Origin: Longimicrobiales bacterium
GTDB lineage: Bacteria; Gemmatimonadota; Gemmatimonadetes; Longimicrobiales; Gaopeijiaceae
Reading direction: 5' to 3'
Length of the DNA stretch: 64,000 nt
NCBI GenBank assembly: GCA_965116905.1
Contig: OZ220732.1
Span: 3,360,001-3,424,000, forward strand
Numbering within the stretch: the stretch's first letter is position 1; each line of letters starts with the position of its first letter. The position numbers were made by a program, and so were the translations under genes. This document shows, in pieces, positions 30,457 through 41,627 of the stretch. The notes below the pieces were generated by a model. The model was given only the letters and a program-made list of their open reading frames with translations. It was not told the origin of the DNA and ran no database searches.

Positions 30457-31467
30457 TCACCTGAACTGCCCCAGAAAGCGCATGTCGTTCTCGTAGAAGA
30501 GTCTGAGGTCGCGCACCCCATGCCTCAGGAGCGCGACCCGGGCCGGCCCCATCCCGAAGGCCCAGCCGGTGTAGCGCTCCGAATCGTATCCCACGTTGTC
30601 GAGCACCGCCGGATCGACCATGCCCGCGCCCATGATCTCGATCCAGTCGGTCTCCTCCTCCCGCCCGTCCTCGCGCACGATGATCCTCTTGACGTCCACC
30701 TCGGCGGACGGCTCGGTGAAGGGGAAGAACGACGGACGGAACCGCACGCGGGTTCCCGGTCCCCAGAAGCGCCGCGCGAACTCGGCCAGGGTGGCCTTGA
30801 AGTCCACGAAGGTCACTCCCTCGTCGACCACGAGCCCCTCGATCTGCGCAAAGGCGGGTGTATGGGTCGCGTCGTAGGTGTCCCTGCGGTAGACCATGCC
30901 CGGCGCGACAATGCGAATCGGCGGGGCGTGCTGTTCCATGGTGCGAATCTGCACCGGCGAGGTGTGGCTTCTGAGCAGCAGGCCCGGCGCGAGGTAGAGC
31001 GTGTCCTGCTCGTCCGCCGCGGGATGATCGAGGGGCGTGTTGAGCGCGACGAAATTGTACCACTCCGTATCGACCTCGGGGCCCCGGGCTCTGGTGAACC
31101 CCAGACTGCGGAAGATCGACCAGATGTCGTCGATGACCCGGGTGACGGGATGAATGGTGCCCTGCCAGCCCGTCCGCGCGGGCAGCGTCAGGTCCGGGCC
31201 TTCCCGGCCGGACGCGCCATCCCGCGACAGCGCCGTTCGCCTCTCCTCCAAGGCCTTGTCGACGGCACCCTTGACCCGGTTCGCCTCGGCCCCGGCCGCC
31301 GGCCGCTCCTCGGGACTCAGTCCGCCCAGGCGCCTGAGAAACCCGGAAACCAGGCCATCCCTGCGGCCCAGATAGCGGACGCGAACCTCTTCAAGCGCGG
31401 CCTGATCGCGGGCCGCACGGACTGCCGCAATGGCGTCCTCCTCCAGCCTCCTCAGGTCCTCGATCAC
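30457..31467 (-). CDS. pheS: Phenylalanine-tRNA ligase alpha subunit
   Basis: LRSHTSPVQIR, DATHTP.F.QIEGL, RPSFFPFTEPSAE, GAGMVDP, GWAFGMG. Confidence 0.97.
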   Translation of the reverse strand: MIEDLRRLEEDAIAAVRAARDQAALEEVRVRYLGRRDGLVSGFLRRLGGLSPEERPAAGAEANRVKGAVDKALEERRTALSRDGASGREGPDLTLPARTGWQGTIHPVTRVIDDIWSIFRSLGFTRARGPEVDTEWYNFVALNTPLDHPAADEQDTLYLAPGLLLRSHTSPVQIRTMEQHAPPIRIVAPGMVYRRDTYDATHTPAFAQIEGLVVDEGVTFVDFKATLAEFARRFWGPGTRVRFRPSFFPFTEPSAEVDVKRIIVREDGREEETDWIEIMGAGMVDPAVLDNVGYDSERYTGWAFGMGPARVALLRHGVRDLRLFYENDMRFLGQFR

Positions 31468-31533
31468 GGATCGCCGCGCAGCCGGACGCACCCGCGGGAT
31501 CCGTCATCCGCGGGTTCCCGTCGCCGCCCTGTG

Positions 31534-31893
31534 CTACCTGTCGAGGGCCGACTTCGCCCGATCCGCGAGCGACGCGAAGGCGTCCGGACTCCGAATCGCC
31601 AGGTCGGCGAGCGCCTTGCGGTCCAGCTCGACTCCGGCCCGCCGCAGCCCGTTCATGAAGCGGGAATACGAAAGGTCGTTCTGGCGGGCCGCGGCGTTGA
31701 TCCGGGTAATCCACAGGCGCCGGAAGTTGCGCTTCTTCTTCTTCCGGTCCCGGTAGGCATGCTCCCACCCCTTCTCCACGGCGTCCTTGGCCGTCCGGTA
31801 CAGGTTCTTGCGCCCTCCGAAGTAGCCCTTCGCGGACCCGAGGACCTTCTTCTTCCGCTTATTCCGTGCGACGGCGCGAGTCGAACGCGGCAT
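31534..31893 (-). CDS. rplT: 50S ribosomal protein L20
   Basis: [39 protein letters not shown]. Confidence 0.98.
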   Translation of the reverse strand: MPRSTRAVARNKRKKKVLGSAKGYFGGRKNLYRTAKDAVEKGWEHAYRDRKKKKRNFRRLWITRINAAARQNDLSYSRFMNGLRRAGVELDRKALADLAIRSPDAFASLADRAKSALDR

Positions 31894-31926
31894 CGGTCTA
31901 TTCTCCTGGCAGTGACGACTGTTTGG

Positions 31927-32124
31927 CTATGATCCCGGCAACATTCGGCGGAGCCGGCCGGCGTCGGCCTTCGAGGCCGTGGTCTTGCTGCGAAGTCTGC
32001 GTTTCCGCTTGCGGCTCTTCTTGGTGAGGATGTGAGACTTGTAGGCCCGCATCCGGACCAGCTTTCCCGACCCCGTCTTCCGGATCCGCTTCGCGGCACC
32101 CCGGTTGGTCTTCATTTTCGGCAT
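31927..32124 (-). CDS. rpmI: 50S ribosomal protein L35
   Basis: [18 protein letters not shown]...HILTKKS.KRKR.L. Confidence 0.97.
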   Translation of the reverse strand: MPKMKTNRGAAKRIRKTGSGKLVRMRAYKSHILTKKSRKRKRRLRSKTTASKADAGRLRRMLPGS

Positions 32125-32188
32125 GGGTCCTCTCCTGGATCCACGTTTGGTTGGTGCGAGAAGGACGACTTCGTCCCGTCGGCAGTCC

Positions 32189-32701
32189 CTACTTCACGGG
32201 GGTCAGGATCATCGACATCTGACGACCCTCGAAGTTCGGATACTGTTCGATCTTTCCGAGCTCGCCGAGATCCTCCGTCAGGCGGAGCAACACCTGGCGC
32301 CCCAGTTCGGGATGCGTGATCTGCCTCCCTCGGAACATCATGGTCAGCTTGACCTTGTTCCCCTCCTCAAGAAAGCGCCGCGCGTGGCGGAGCTTGAACT
32401 CGTAGTCGTGGTCTTCGATCCCGGGCCGGAACTTCACTTCCTTGATCTGGGTCGTGTGCTGCTTTCGCCGGGCCTCGCGGGCAGCGCGCGCCGCCTTGTA
32501 CTTGTACTTCCCGTAGTCCATCATGCGGACCACGGGAGGCCTCGAATCGGGGGCCACTTCGACCAGATCCAGTCCCCGTTCGGCGGCCCGGGCGCGCGCC
32601 TCGTCCAGCGAAACTATTCCGACCTGTCCTCCGTTTTCTGCGATCAGTCGAATCGGGCTGATTCGAATCTGCTCGTTCACTCGAACACGTCTGTCTGCGA
32701 T
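32189..32701 (-). CDS. infC: Translation initiation factor IF-3 (probable ATC start)
   Basis: [36 protein letters not shown] lies 9 nt upstream of an in-frame ATC. Confidence 0.95.
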   Translation of the reverse strand: MADRRVRVNEQIRISPIRLIAENGGQVGIVSLDEARARAAERGLDLVEVAPDSRPPVVRMMDYGKYKYKAARAAREARRKQHTTQIKEVKFRPGIEDHDYEFKLRHARRFLEEGNKVKLTMMFRGRQITHPELGRQVLLRLTEDLGELGKIEQYPNFEGRQMSMILTPVK

Positions 32702-32796
32702 CTTGGAACTCTCCTTGTCGTTGGGGTGGCCCAAGGGCCCCCGTTTGTTCCCCGCCTATCACCTTCCGCGCTTACGAAACGGATCCGCCGGCTACC

Positions 32797-32821
32797 AAAA
32801 AAGGCCCGGAAGACCGGGCCT
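32797..32821 (-). terminator. Intrinsic terminator/attenuator in the infC leader
   Basis: AGGCCCGG-TCTT-CCGGGCCT followed by a U tract on the minus strand. Confidence 0.8.
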
Positions 32822-32920
32822 CTTGACCTGGCGGTGAACGCGCATGCGCCCGCCGCCGACCTGGTACCCGGAAGCCCGATAGCTACGAGGGTGAGAGGCT
32901 GTCAGTCCTCTGCTTCCTGA
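32797..32920 (-). promoter_or_regulatory. L20-leader-like cis-regulatory RNA upstream of infC-rpmI-rplT
   Basis: AGAGG-ACTGACAG-CCTCT-CACC hairpin resembling the L20 leader AGAAG..CTTCTCACC core, followed by a terminator. Upstream TTGACA-18-GATTAT promoter at 32961-32990. Confidence 0.55.
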
Positions 32921-33036
32921 TTGTCAGCACCGCCGGTCGGCGGAGATGGTACAGATCCTAATAATCGGCGATCAGGGTGGTCCGTGTCAAGCGGCCAGGC
33001 GCGTGTCCGGCTCCCTGACGCCAGCGTCCGGCTCTC

Positions 33037-34959
33037 TCACCCCAGCGCCCGACTCTCCACCTCGCTCTTCAGCCGCTGCAGAAACTCCCCCCGCTCCATC
33101 GTCACCTGTTTCTTCTTCGCGCCCCGCTTGCGCACCGACACGGTGCCCGCCTCCGCCTCGCGCTCGCCCACGATGCCCATGTACGGGATCTTCATGGTCT
33201 CGGCATGGCGGATCCGGTAGCCCAGCGTGTCGCGCTCGTCGATTTCGGCCCGGAGCCCCGCTTCGGTCAGCTGCCCGGTCAGTTCCCGCGCCGACTCGAC
33301 CCACTGCTCCGACACGGGGAGGATGCGGACCTGCTCGGGCGCCAGCCACAGCGGGAACGCGCCGCCGTAGTGCTCGATCAGCCCCCCGATGAAGCGCTCC
33401 ATCGACCCCAGCAGCGTGCGGTGGATGACCACCGCCTGGTGACGCCGGTTGTCCGAGCCCACGTACTCGAGCCCGAAACGCTCCGGCATCAGGAAATCCA
33501 GCTGGAAGGTGCCGCCCTGCCACTCGCGCCCCAGCGCGTCGGTGACCAGGATGTCGACCTTGGGCCCGTAGAACGCGCCGCCCCCCTCGTCGAGCTCGTA
33601 GTCCAGCCCGCGGTTCCGCAGGACGTCCGCCAGGCGGTCCGCGGCCGCGTCGTAGACGGCCGGGTCGCCGATGGCTTTTTCGGGACGGGTGGAAAGGGCC
33701 GTGCGGTACTCGTAGCCGAATACCCCGAGCAGGTAGTCCCCCAGGTCGAGCAGGCGGTCGTACTCCTCCTCGATCTGGTCCTCGCGGATGAAGATGTGCG
33801 CGTCGTCCTGCGTGAACGAACGCACGCGCAGCATGCCGTGGAGAGCACCCGAACGCTCGTAGCGGTAGCAGGTGCCCAACTCGGCAAAGCGCAGGGGCAG
33901 GTCGCGGTACGACCGGATCTGCGAACGGTAGATCATGAAGTGATGGGGACAGTTCATCGGCTTCATGCGAAACCGCTCCCCGTCGTCGTCCATGGCCGGG
34001 AACATGTCGTCGGAGAAGACGTCCAGGTGGCCCGATATCCGGTACAACTCCTCGCTGGCCACATGGGGGGTGAAGACGATTTCGTAGCCGTGGTCGACCA
34101 GCGTCTCCCTGAGGAAGCTCTCGATGGTGTTCCGAACGCGTCCGCCGGCGGGGTGCCACAGGACGAAGCCCGGGCCCACCTCCTCCTGGATGGAGAAGAG
34201 GTCGAGGCGCTTCCCAAGCACCCTGTGGTCGCGCTTGCGCGCCTCCTCGAGGCGGTGCAGGTGCTTGCGCAGGTCCTTCGCCGCGAAGAACGCCGTCCCG
34301 TAGATCCGCTGCAGCATCCGGCGCCGCTCGTCCCCGCGCCAGTACGCGCCGGCCGCGCTCAGGAGCTTGAAGTGCCTGAGGCGTCCCGTGCTGGGTACGT
34401 GCGGCCCGCGGCAGAGGTCGAGGAAGGGGCCGTCCTGGTAGACGGTGATGACCTCGTCTTCGGCAAACTCCTCGAGCCGTTCCAGCTTGAGGGGGTCGTC
34501 GGCGAAGAGCTCCCGCGCCTCCTCGTGCGAAACGACGCGGCGCTCGAAGGGGTGGTCGGCCTTCACCACCTCGTCCATCCGCTGCTGAATCGCTTCGAGT
34601 TGTTCGGGCGTGAAGGGCTCGGGCACGTCGAAGTCGTAGTAGAAGCCGTCGTCGATCGCGGGACCGAACCCGATGCCCGCGCCCGGGATCATCTCGCGAA
34701 CCGCGGTGGCCAGGACGTGGGCGGCGGAATGGCGCAACACGCCAAGCGCCTCCGGGTCGCGCTCGGTGAGGAGGCGCACGGACGCGCCGTCGGCGAGCGG
34801 CCGGTCCAGGTCGACGATTTCGCCGTCGACGACCGCCGCGAGCGCAGCCCGCGCCAGGCCGGGTCCAATCTCGGCCGCGAGGGTGCCCGCGGTGGCACCG
34901 TCGGGGAGCGCGACCGACGTGCCGTCGGGGAGGGTTGCGTGGATGCTTGGAGCGTTCAT
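33037..34959 (-). CDS. thrS: Threonine-tRNA ligase
   Basis: TGS domain, RHSAAH, DLCRGPHV, GAYWRGD, RDHR.LG, KPMNCP, RYERSG, RSFTQDDAHIF, GSMERF. Confidence 0.98.
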   Translation of the reverse strand: MNAPSIHATLPDGTSVALPDGATAGTLAAEIGPGLARAALAAVVDGEIVDLDRPLADGASVRLLTERDPEALGVLRHSAAHVLATAVREMIPGAGIGFGPAIDDGFYYDFDVPEPFTPEQLEAIQQRMDEVVKADHPFERRVVSHEEARELFADDPLKLERLEEFAEDEVITVYQDGPFLDLCRGPHVPSTGRLRHFKLLSAAGAYWRGDERRRMLQRIYGTAFFAAKDLRKHLHRLEEARKRDHRVLGKRLDLFSIQEEVGPGFVLWHPAGGRVRNTIESFLRETLVDHGYEIVFTPHVASEELYRISGHLDVFSDDMFPAMDDDGERFRMKPMNCPHHFMIYRSQIRSYRDLPLRFAELGTCYRYERSGALHGMLRVRSFTQDDAHIFIREDQIEEEYDRLLDLGDYLLGVFGYEYRTALSTRPEKAIGDPAVYDAAADRLADVLRNRGLDYELDEGGGAFYGPKVDILVTDALGREWQGGTFQLDFLMPERFGLEYVGSDNRRHQAVVIHRTLLGSMERFIGGLIEHYGGAFPLWLAPEQVRILPVSEQWVESARELTGQLTEAGLRAEIDERDTLGYRIRHAETMKIPYMGIVGEREAEAGTVSVRKRGAKKKQVTMERGEFLQRLKSEVESRALG

Positions 34960-35055
34960 GGCGCGAAAGCTAACACCCTCGCGAGCACGCGTGGGCCCTG
35001 CGCGCACGCAGGTCAGGTGCTCCTCCGCCCGCCCTCGGCAGCGTCCCGGTGACCC

Positions 35056-35931
35056 CTATCCCGATGGAGGCCAGGGCGTCCCAGTGACCCGCTGCAACCG
35101 CGTCTGGTCCCTGGTGGGACGGTAGGCCTCACGCGCCGCCATGTCGTACTGGTCTCCCGGCGCGAGAAAGTAGAACAGCCCGCCGCTGTCGAGCGTCGCG
35201 TTGGCATCGTAGATGACCGCGTAACTCTGCCCGACCACCTCGAAGCGGTCTCCGCGCACCACGATGGCCGTGTTCTCGTCGATCCCGATGCCGAGCAGCT
35301 CGGGCTTGGCGCGGATCACCTCGATCAGGTCGAACTGGCGGTTGCGCCGGAGCAGGTGCTGGTCGATGCCCACGTCCTTCAGGAAGCCGAGGCCGACTTC
35401 GTGGTCGCCCATCATGATCGTGTTGGTGCGGGTGTCCCCGCGGACCAGGTACGATCCCTGGATGGACGCTCCGGCCGAGGACCCGCCGATGACGCCGCCA
35501 CGGTCGAGAACCCCCCACAGCGCGTCGTGCGTCTTCGTGTCGAGATAGGAATCGGCCAGTCGCCACTGGCGTCCCCCGGTGAACCAGACGCCGCGCGCTT
35601 CGAGCAGCGGTGCCACGAAGGCGTCGGTATCGGCGACTTCGGGGTCGTACGTGTGAAGGACCGTGATGTGGCGCGCGCCCGCCTGTTCGAATCGCCGCCG
35701 CCCCCCGAAGTACTGGTCGTAGCTGTCGCCGCCGCCCGCCGTCGGAATGATCACGATCGGCGCCGAAGGTCCGCCCGCAAGCTCCACGAACTGGCGAAAC
35801 ACCGCCGGATCGGTCAGCGCCCCGCCCGCGACGATCAGGGTGCCGTTCTCGGGGCCGACCTCCTGGGCGGCGGCAGGTGCAAGGGCAAGGATGAAGAAGA
35901 AGCCGAGGAAGGCGAGGCGGGTCGGTTTCAC
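35056..35931 (-). CDS. Secreted cyanophycinase-like (peptidase S51) protein
   Basis: Signal peptide, IIPTAG, FTGGRQWRL, nucleophile GGSSAGA, IDQH, GIDENTA. GGAGG RBS. Confidence 0.85.
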   Translation of the reverse strand: MKPTRLAFLGFFFILALAPAAAQEVGPENGTLIVAGGALTDPAVFRQFVELAGGPSAPIVIIPTAGGGDSYDQYFGGRRRFEQAGARHITVLHTYDPEVADTDAFVAPLLEARGVWFTGGRQWRLADSYLDTKTHDALWGVLDRGGVIGGSSAGASIQGSYLVRGDTRTNTIMMGDHEVGLGFLKDVGIDQHLLRRNRQFDLIEVIRAKPELLGIGIDENTAIVVRGDRFEVVGQSYAVIYDANATLDSGGLFYFLAPGDQYDMAAREAYRPTRDQTRLQRVTGTPWPPSG

Positions 35932-36093
35932 GGTACTTGTCCTCCGGTTCAGGGCCATTCGCGATGTGGCGGGCTTGCGCGTTGCTCAAGGTGGGCCCGC
36001 GGAGGCTCGATTGGAAGGACCACGCGGCCGGGTTGCCCACTCTCTCGCGAGCCCCTCACATTGACAGCCGACCCCAAAAAAGGACCCTTGGCG

Positions 36094-36843
36094 ATGACTC
36101 GTATCGTCCTCACCGCCGCGGCGCCCGTTCTCCTCGCATTGGCGTGCGCCGGAGAGCGGACCCCGCCAGGCCCCCCCGCCACCGGCCCCGAACTCGTCGA
36201 CGCAGCCATCGCCTATCACGATCCCGAGGGCAACTGGCCCCGGCTGAAGCACACGCTGGTGATCGACCAGTCGCGGCCCGATGGCAGCGAACGCCGGGCC
36301 ACCATCCACATGGACGTCGCCCGCAGCGAGTACAGCTACCGGGAGGACACGTCCGACGGGCTCCTGATCAAGGGGACGGCCGGCCCGGACTGCTTCGCAT
36401 CGATCGGGGGACAGGCCCCGACGGAAGAGCAGGTGGCATCGCACCGTCTCGATTGCGCCGGGATCGAACGGATGCGGGACTACTACCTGTATCTATGGGG
36501 TCTGCCGATGAAGCTCCGTGATCCGGGCACCCACATCGACCCGGTCATCGGCGACGAGGAATTCGACGGCCAGCCGAGCCGTGTGGTCAAGGTGACCTAC
36601 GATCCCCAGGTCGGTTCCGACACCTGGTACTTCCATTTCGAGCCCGGCACGCACCGGATGATCGGCTATCGCTTCTACCACGACGAGGCGGCGGGCGATG
36701 GCGAGTACATTCTGCTGAGCGGAGAGCGAGAGGTCCGGGGAATGAGGATCCCGGTCGAACGCCGGTGGTTCACCAACGCGGACGACCGCTACCTGGGAAC
36801 CGACACCCTGGTCGACGACTTCACGGAGTCACCGGGGGACTAG
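36094..36843 (+). CDS. Lipoprotein (DUF6503-like)
   Basis: Lipobox ALAC, AIAYHDPEGNW, YYLYLWGLPMKLRDPG, VTYDPQVGSDTWYF. Confidence 0.7.
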   Translation: MTRIVLTAAAPVLLALACAGERTPPGPPATGPELVDAAIAYHDPEGNWPRLKHTLVIDQSRPDGSERRATIHMDVARSEYSYREDTSDGLLIKGTAGPDCFASIGGQAPTEEQVASHRLDCAGIERMRDYYLYLWGLPMKLRDPGTHIDPVIGDEEFDGQPSRVVKVTYDPQVGSDTWYFHFEPGTHRMIGYRFYHDEAAGDGEYILLSGEREVRGMRIPVERRWFTNADDRYLGTDTLVDDFTESPGD

Positions 36844-36858
36844 GGGCCAGGGCCGCGC

Positions 36859-36897
36859 GAAAAACGGGGCCCGGCCGCTCACGCGCCCGGACCCCGC
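36859..36897 (-). terminator. Intrinsic terminator after groEL
   Basis: CGGGGTCCGG...CCGGGCCCCG followed by TTTTT on the minus strand. Confidence 0.7.
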
Positions 36898-36927
36898 TTG
36901 CAGCCTGTTCGCGGCGTTGATGCGACC

Positions 36928-38559
<1,632 letters not shown>

Positions 38560-38616
38560 TTTCGCTTGTCTCCTGGTTGTGTTCCCGGAGAGCGCCAGCG
38601 GGCGCCCCCGGCCGGG

Positions 38617-38919
38617 TTAGTGGTTGACGATGGCCAGAATGTCCGATTCCCGGAGAATCAGGTACTGATCCCCATCGACCGTGACCTCGGTGCCGCTGTA
38701 CTTCCCGTACAGCACTCTGTCGCCCGAAGCGACGTCCATCGGGATCCGGTTGCCTTCGTCCGACAGCTTGCCCGGTCCCACGGCGACGATCTCGCCTTCC
38801 TGCGGCTTCTCCTTGGCGGTGTCCGGGATGTACAGGCCACCCCGCATCTGCTCGGCTTCTTCGAGTGCCTTCACCACCACCCGATCCGCCAGGGGCTGGA
38901 TCTTGTTCGCGGCCGACAT
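38617..38919 (-). CDS. groS: Co-chaperonin GroES
   Basis: [37 protein letters not shown]. Confidence 0.98.
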   Translation of the reverse strand: MSAANKIQPLADRVVVKALEEAEQMRGGLYIPDTAKEKPQEGEIVAVGPGKLSDEGNRIPMDVASGDRVLYGKYSGTEVTVDGDQYLILRESDILAIVNH

Positions 38920-38973
38920 GCGCGCTCCTCCTTGGAATGGGTTGGTTTGGAATCGCGGGCGATCTGCCCGCCG

Positions 38974-39000
38974 TTAGCACTCGAAGTAGGTGAGTGCTAA
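38974..39000. promoter_or_regulatory. CIRCE element (HrcA operator)
   Basis: Perfect TTAGCACTC-N9-GAGTGCTAA upstream of groES. Promoter TTGACC-17-GAAACT at 39014-39042 on the minus strand. Confidence 0.97.
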
Positions 39001-39118
39001 CAAACAGCAATGGAGTTTCGCGTATCGCTGCTGAGCGGTCAAGGCCCCGGTGCCGGCTACGCCTTCTCGCCTGCTCGCGCCCCGGCCAACTGGCCGTCCG
39101 CGCCGACGCCGGCCCCCC

Positions 39119-39919
39119 TTAGTGGTCCAGGTGCGCCCCCGCGATCCCCAGGCCTTCCAGCGTCAGGAACGGTTCGATCCGGTCCACCGTGGCCGCGTGG
39201 GGTCCGACCACCGGAGCGAAGCCGCCGGTCGCAACGACGAGGAGGTCCTCCGACCCCCAGTCGGCCCTGATTCGGCGCACCATCCCGTCGATCGCATCCA
39301 CGACCGAATAGAAGACGCCGCTCTGGATGCACGTCTCCGTGCGGCGCCCCACGACTTCGTCGGGCGGAACCAGTTCGACCGTGGGCAGCTTTGCGGTGCT
39401 CCGCGCGAGCCAGTCGAGACCCGCGCTCAGCCCCGGGGCGATCACCCCGCCGCGGAAAACGCCGTCGGCGGTGATGCAGTCGAAGGTCGTGGCCGTGCCG
39501 AGGTCCACCGCGATCGTGTCGCGCCCGAAGCGGACCTTGGCCGCGAGGGTGTTGACGATGCGGTCCGCCCCAACCGTCAGCGGCTCCTCCACGTCCAGCC
39601 GGATCGGCAGGTCGGAGCGGGCGCTCACGTTGAATACGTTCCCATCGACGAGCGCCGACATCACGCGCCGCAGCGTACGGTCCCCGGACGGCACCACCGA
39701 GCCGATCACACCCCGCCGGATGGGGGCGGGCGGCCCTTCACCCGTCGACAGCCCTGCGTCCGTCGACAACAGCGCCCGCAACAGCACGCCGTATTCCGCC
39801 TCGGTCCTCGGCACCCGCGTGCTGACCCGCCAGTGCCGCAGCACCTCCCGGCCGTCGAGGTCCAGCAGTCCGAATACGGTTTCCGTGTTTCCCACGTCGG
39901 CGACCAGCTGGCAAGCCAT
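39119..39919 (-). CDS. coaX: Type III pantothenate kinase
   Basis: DVGNT, SVVP, GADR, VDLGTATTFD, GGVIAPG, ATGG. Confidence 0.95.
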   Translation of the reverse strand: MACQLVADVGNTETVFGLLDLDGREVLRHWRVSTRVPRTEAEYGVLLRALLSTDAGLSTGEGPPAPIRRGVIGSVVPSGDRTLRRVMSALVDGNVFNVSARSDLPIRLDVEEPLTVGADRIVNTLAAKVRFGRDTIAVDLGTATTFDCITADGVFRGGVIAPGLSAGLDWLARSTAKLPTVELVPPDEVVGRRTETCIQSGVFYSVVDAIDGMVRRIRADWGSEDLLVVATGGFAPVVGPHAATVDRIEPFLTLEGLGIAGAHLDH

Positions 39920-39921
39920 GC

Positions 39922-40809
39922 TCAACTCCCGGGTTTCAACGCGGACTGCCATGAAACGGATCCTGCGATCAGCGCCAGGCACCGACCGCCCTCGTCCTTC
40001 AGCCCGAGCGAGCCGTCCGAATGCAGACCCGTCGATGTGGCGACGAGCCCCCGGACCGTCCGCGGGCCTCCGGAAGAATGGCGCACGGCGCCGTCAACAG
40101 ACAACCTGCGCCCGCCCAGGGGCGAACGAGCCTGCAGCGCGGCCAGCTCCGCCCGGGGTATCGAATGGCCGGGACGGGCCCACACCTGCTCCAGCGATTC
40201 CATGATCGCCTCGAGCAGCCGCCCGCGCGGCGTCGAGTGTCCGGACTCCGCGAGCACCGAGGTCGGCGCCGGCGCCAGCCCCAGGGGGAGATCGCGCAGG
40301 TGCTGGTTGACGTTGACGCCGATTCCGACGAGTACCGCCCCACCCGCCCGCTCGCACAGAATGCCGCCCAGCTTGCGCCCGGAGACAAGGAGGTCGTTGG
40401 GCCACTTCACCTCGACGCGAAGCCCCGGGGCCGCCGATTCGATCCCGCGCGCCGCCGCGAGGCCCACCCGGAGCGACAGGGGCCCGAGGTTTCGGCCGGT
40501 CCAGCTCCGCACGACCGTGCACCACAGGCCCAGGGGCGTGTCGGACATCCAGCGTCGGCCCCGGCGGCCGCGTCCTGCGCTCTGCCGGTCGGCCACGACC
40601 AGCGCGGGCAACGCGGGGAGCGCGGGCGGCGCGGGCAACGGCGATCCCCGGGCGACCAGGTCGCGCGCACGGTCATTGGTCGAGGTGATTCGCGCGTGGA
40701 GCTCGACCGTCTCCACCGGGAGCCGACGGGCCCATGCTTCGGCGGAGCGGCCCTCCCACAGGGCCGTTGGTCCGTCCGGCGCGGCTTCCGCGGGGCGCGC
40801 CGCGCTCAT
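39922..40809 (-). CDS. birA: Biotin-protein ligase (no HTH)
   Basis: STND, QSAGRGRRGRRW, KWPNDL, KLGGILCE, GIGVNV. Confidence 0.92.
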   Translation of the reverse strand: MSAARPAEAAPDGPTALWEGRSAEAWARRLPVETVELHARITSTNDRARDLVARGSPLPAPPALPALPALVVADRQSAGRGRRGRRWMSDTPLGLWCTVVRSWTGRNLGPLSLRVGLAAARGIESAAPGLRVEVKWPNDLLVSGRKLGGILCERAGGAVLVGIGVNVNQHLRDLPLGLAPAPTSVLAESGHSTPRGRLLEAIMESLEQVWARPGHSIPRAELAALQARSPLGGRRLSVDGAVRHSSGGPRTVRGLVATSTGLHSDGSLGLKDEGGRCLALIAGSVSWQSALKPGS

Positions 40810-41627
40810 CCCCGCCCCGTGAACACGAGGAAGGCCGCGCCCGCCGCCCACAGGTACGGGGCGAAATAGTGGAAGGCGCGGCGTTCGAGCATCATGCGAA
40901 AGGTGCGAATCGCCAACACCCCCGTCACGCACGCCACCACCGCTGCCACGGCGAGTGCGCCGGCGAGCGCCTCTCCGAGCGCCCCTCCGGGCGCCCCACC
41001 GAGCGCGCCGCCGCCCTCCCAGGCCGCCGTGGGCAGCTTGAGCAGCGCCGCACCCCCGATCGCCGGCACCGACATCAGGAAGGAGAACGCGGCCGCCTCG
41101 GACGGGCTCACGCCCCGCCAGAGCGCGGCGACCACCGTGGCGCCCGACCGCGAAATCCCCGGCACGATCGCGGCCGCCTGGGCGAGCCCCATCACGATCG
41201 CCACACCCGCGCCGGGTCGTCCGTCCGGCTCGCGCGCCAGCGCCCGCCGCGCGGTCCAGATCACCAGACCGGTCACCAGAAGCGCCACGCCCGTCACAGC
41301 CGGCGTGTCGAAAAGGGACTCGAAGAACCCGCCGAAACCGAGCCCGGCGACGGCCGCCGGAACGGAGGCGAGGAGAATGAGCCCCGCGTAGCGCGTCTGC
41401 GCGGGATCAAGGCGCGCCACTCCGGCGAGCAGCCTGGCCACGCGCTCCCGGTACACGATCAGCACCGACAGCAGCGTGGCGAAGTGAAGCACGACCTCGA
41501 CCGTCACTCCCGGCAGCTCGATGCCCAGCAGCGCCTGGCCCATCACGAGGTGGCCGGAACTGGACACCGGGAGGAACTCCGTCACACCCTGCAGCAACCC
41601 GAGCAACGCGCCCTCGTACCACGTCAT
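40806..41627 (-). CDS. uppP: Undecaprenyl-diphosphate phosphatase
   Basis: GLLQGVTEFLPVSSSGHL, PGISRSGAT, FSFLMSVP. Confidence 0.96.
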   Translation of the reverse strand: MTWYEGALLGLLQGVTEFLPVSSSGHLVMGQALLGIELPGVTVEVVLHFATLLSVLIVYRERVARLLAGVARLDPAQTRYAGLILLASVPAAVAGLGFGGFFESLFDTPAVTGVALLVTGLVIWTARRALAREPDGRPGAGVAIVMGLAQAAAIVPGISRSGATVVAALWRGVSPSEAAAFSFLMSVPAIGGAALLKLPTAAWEGGGALGGAPGGALGEALAGALAVAAVVACVTGVLAIRTFRMMLERRAFHYFAPYLWAAGAAFLVFTGRG

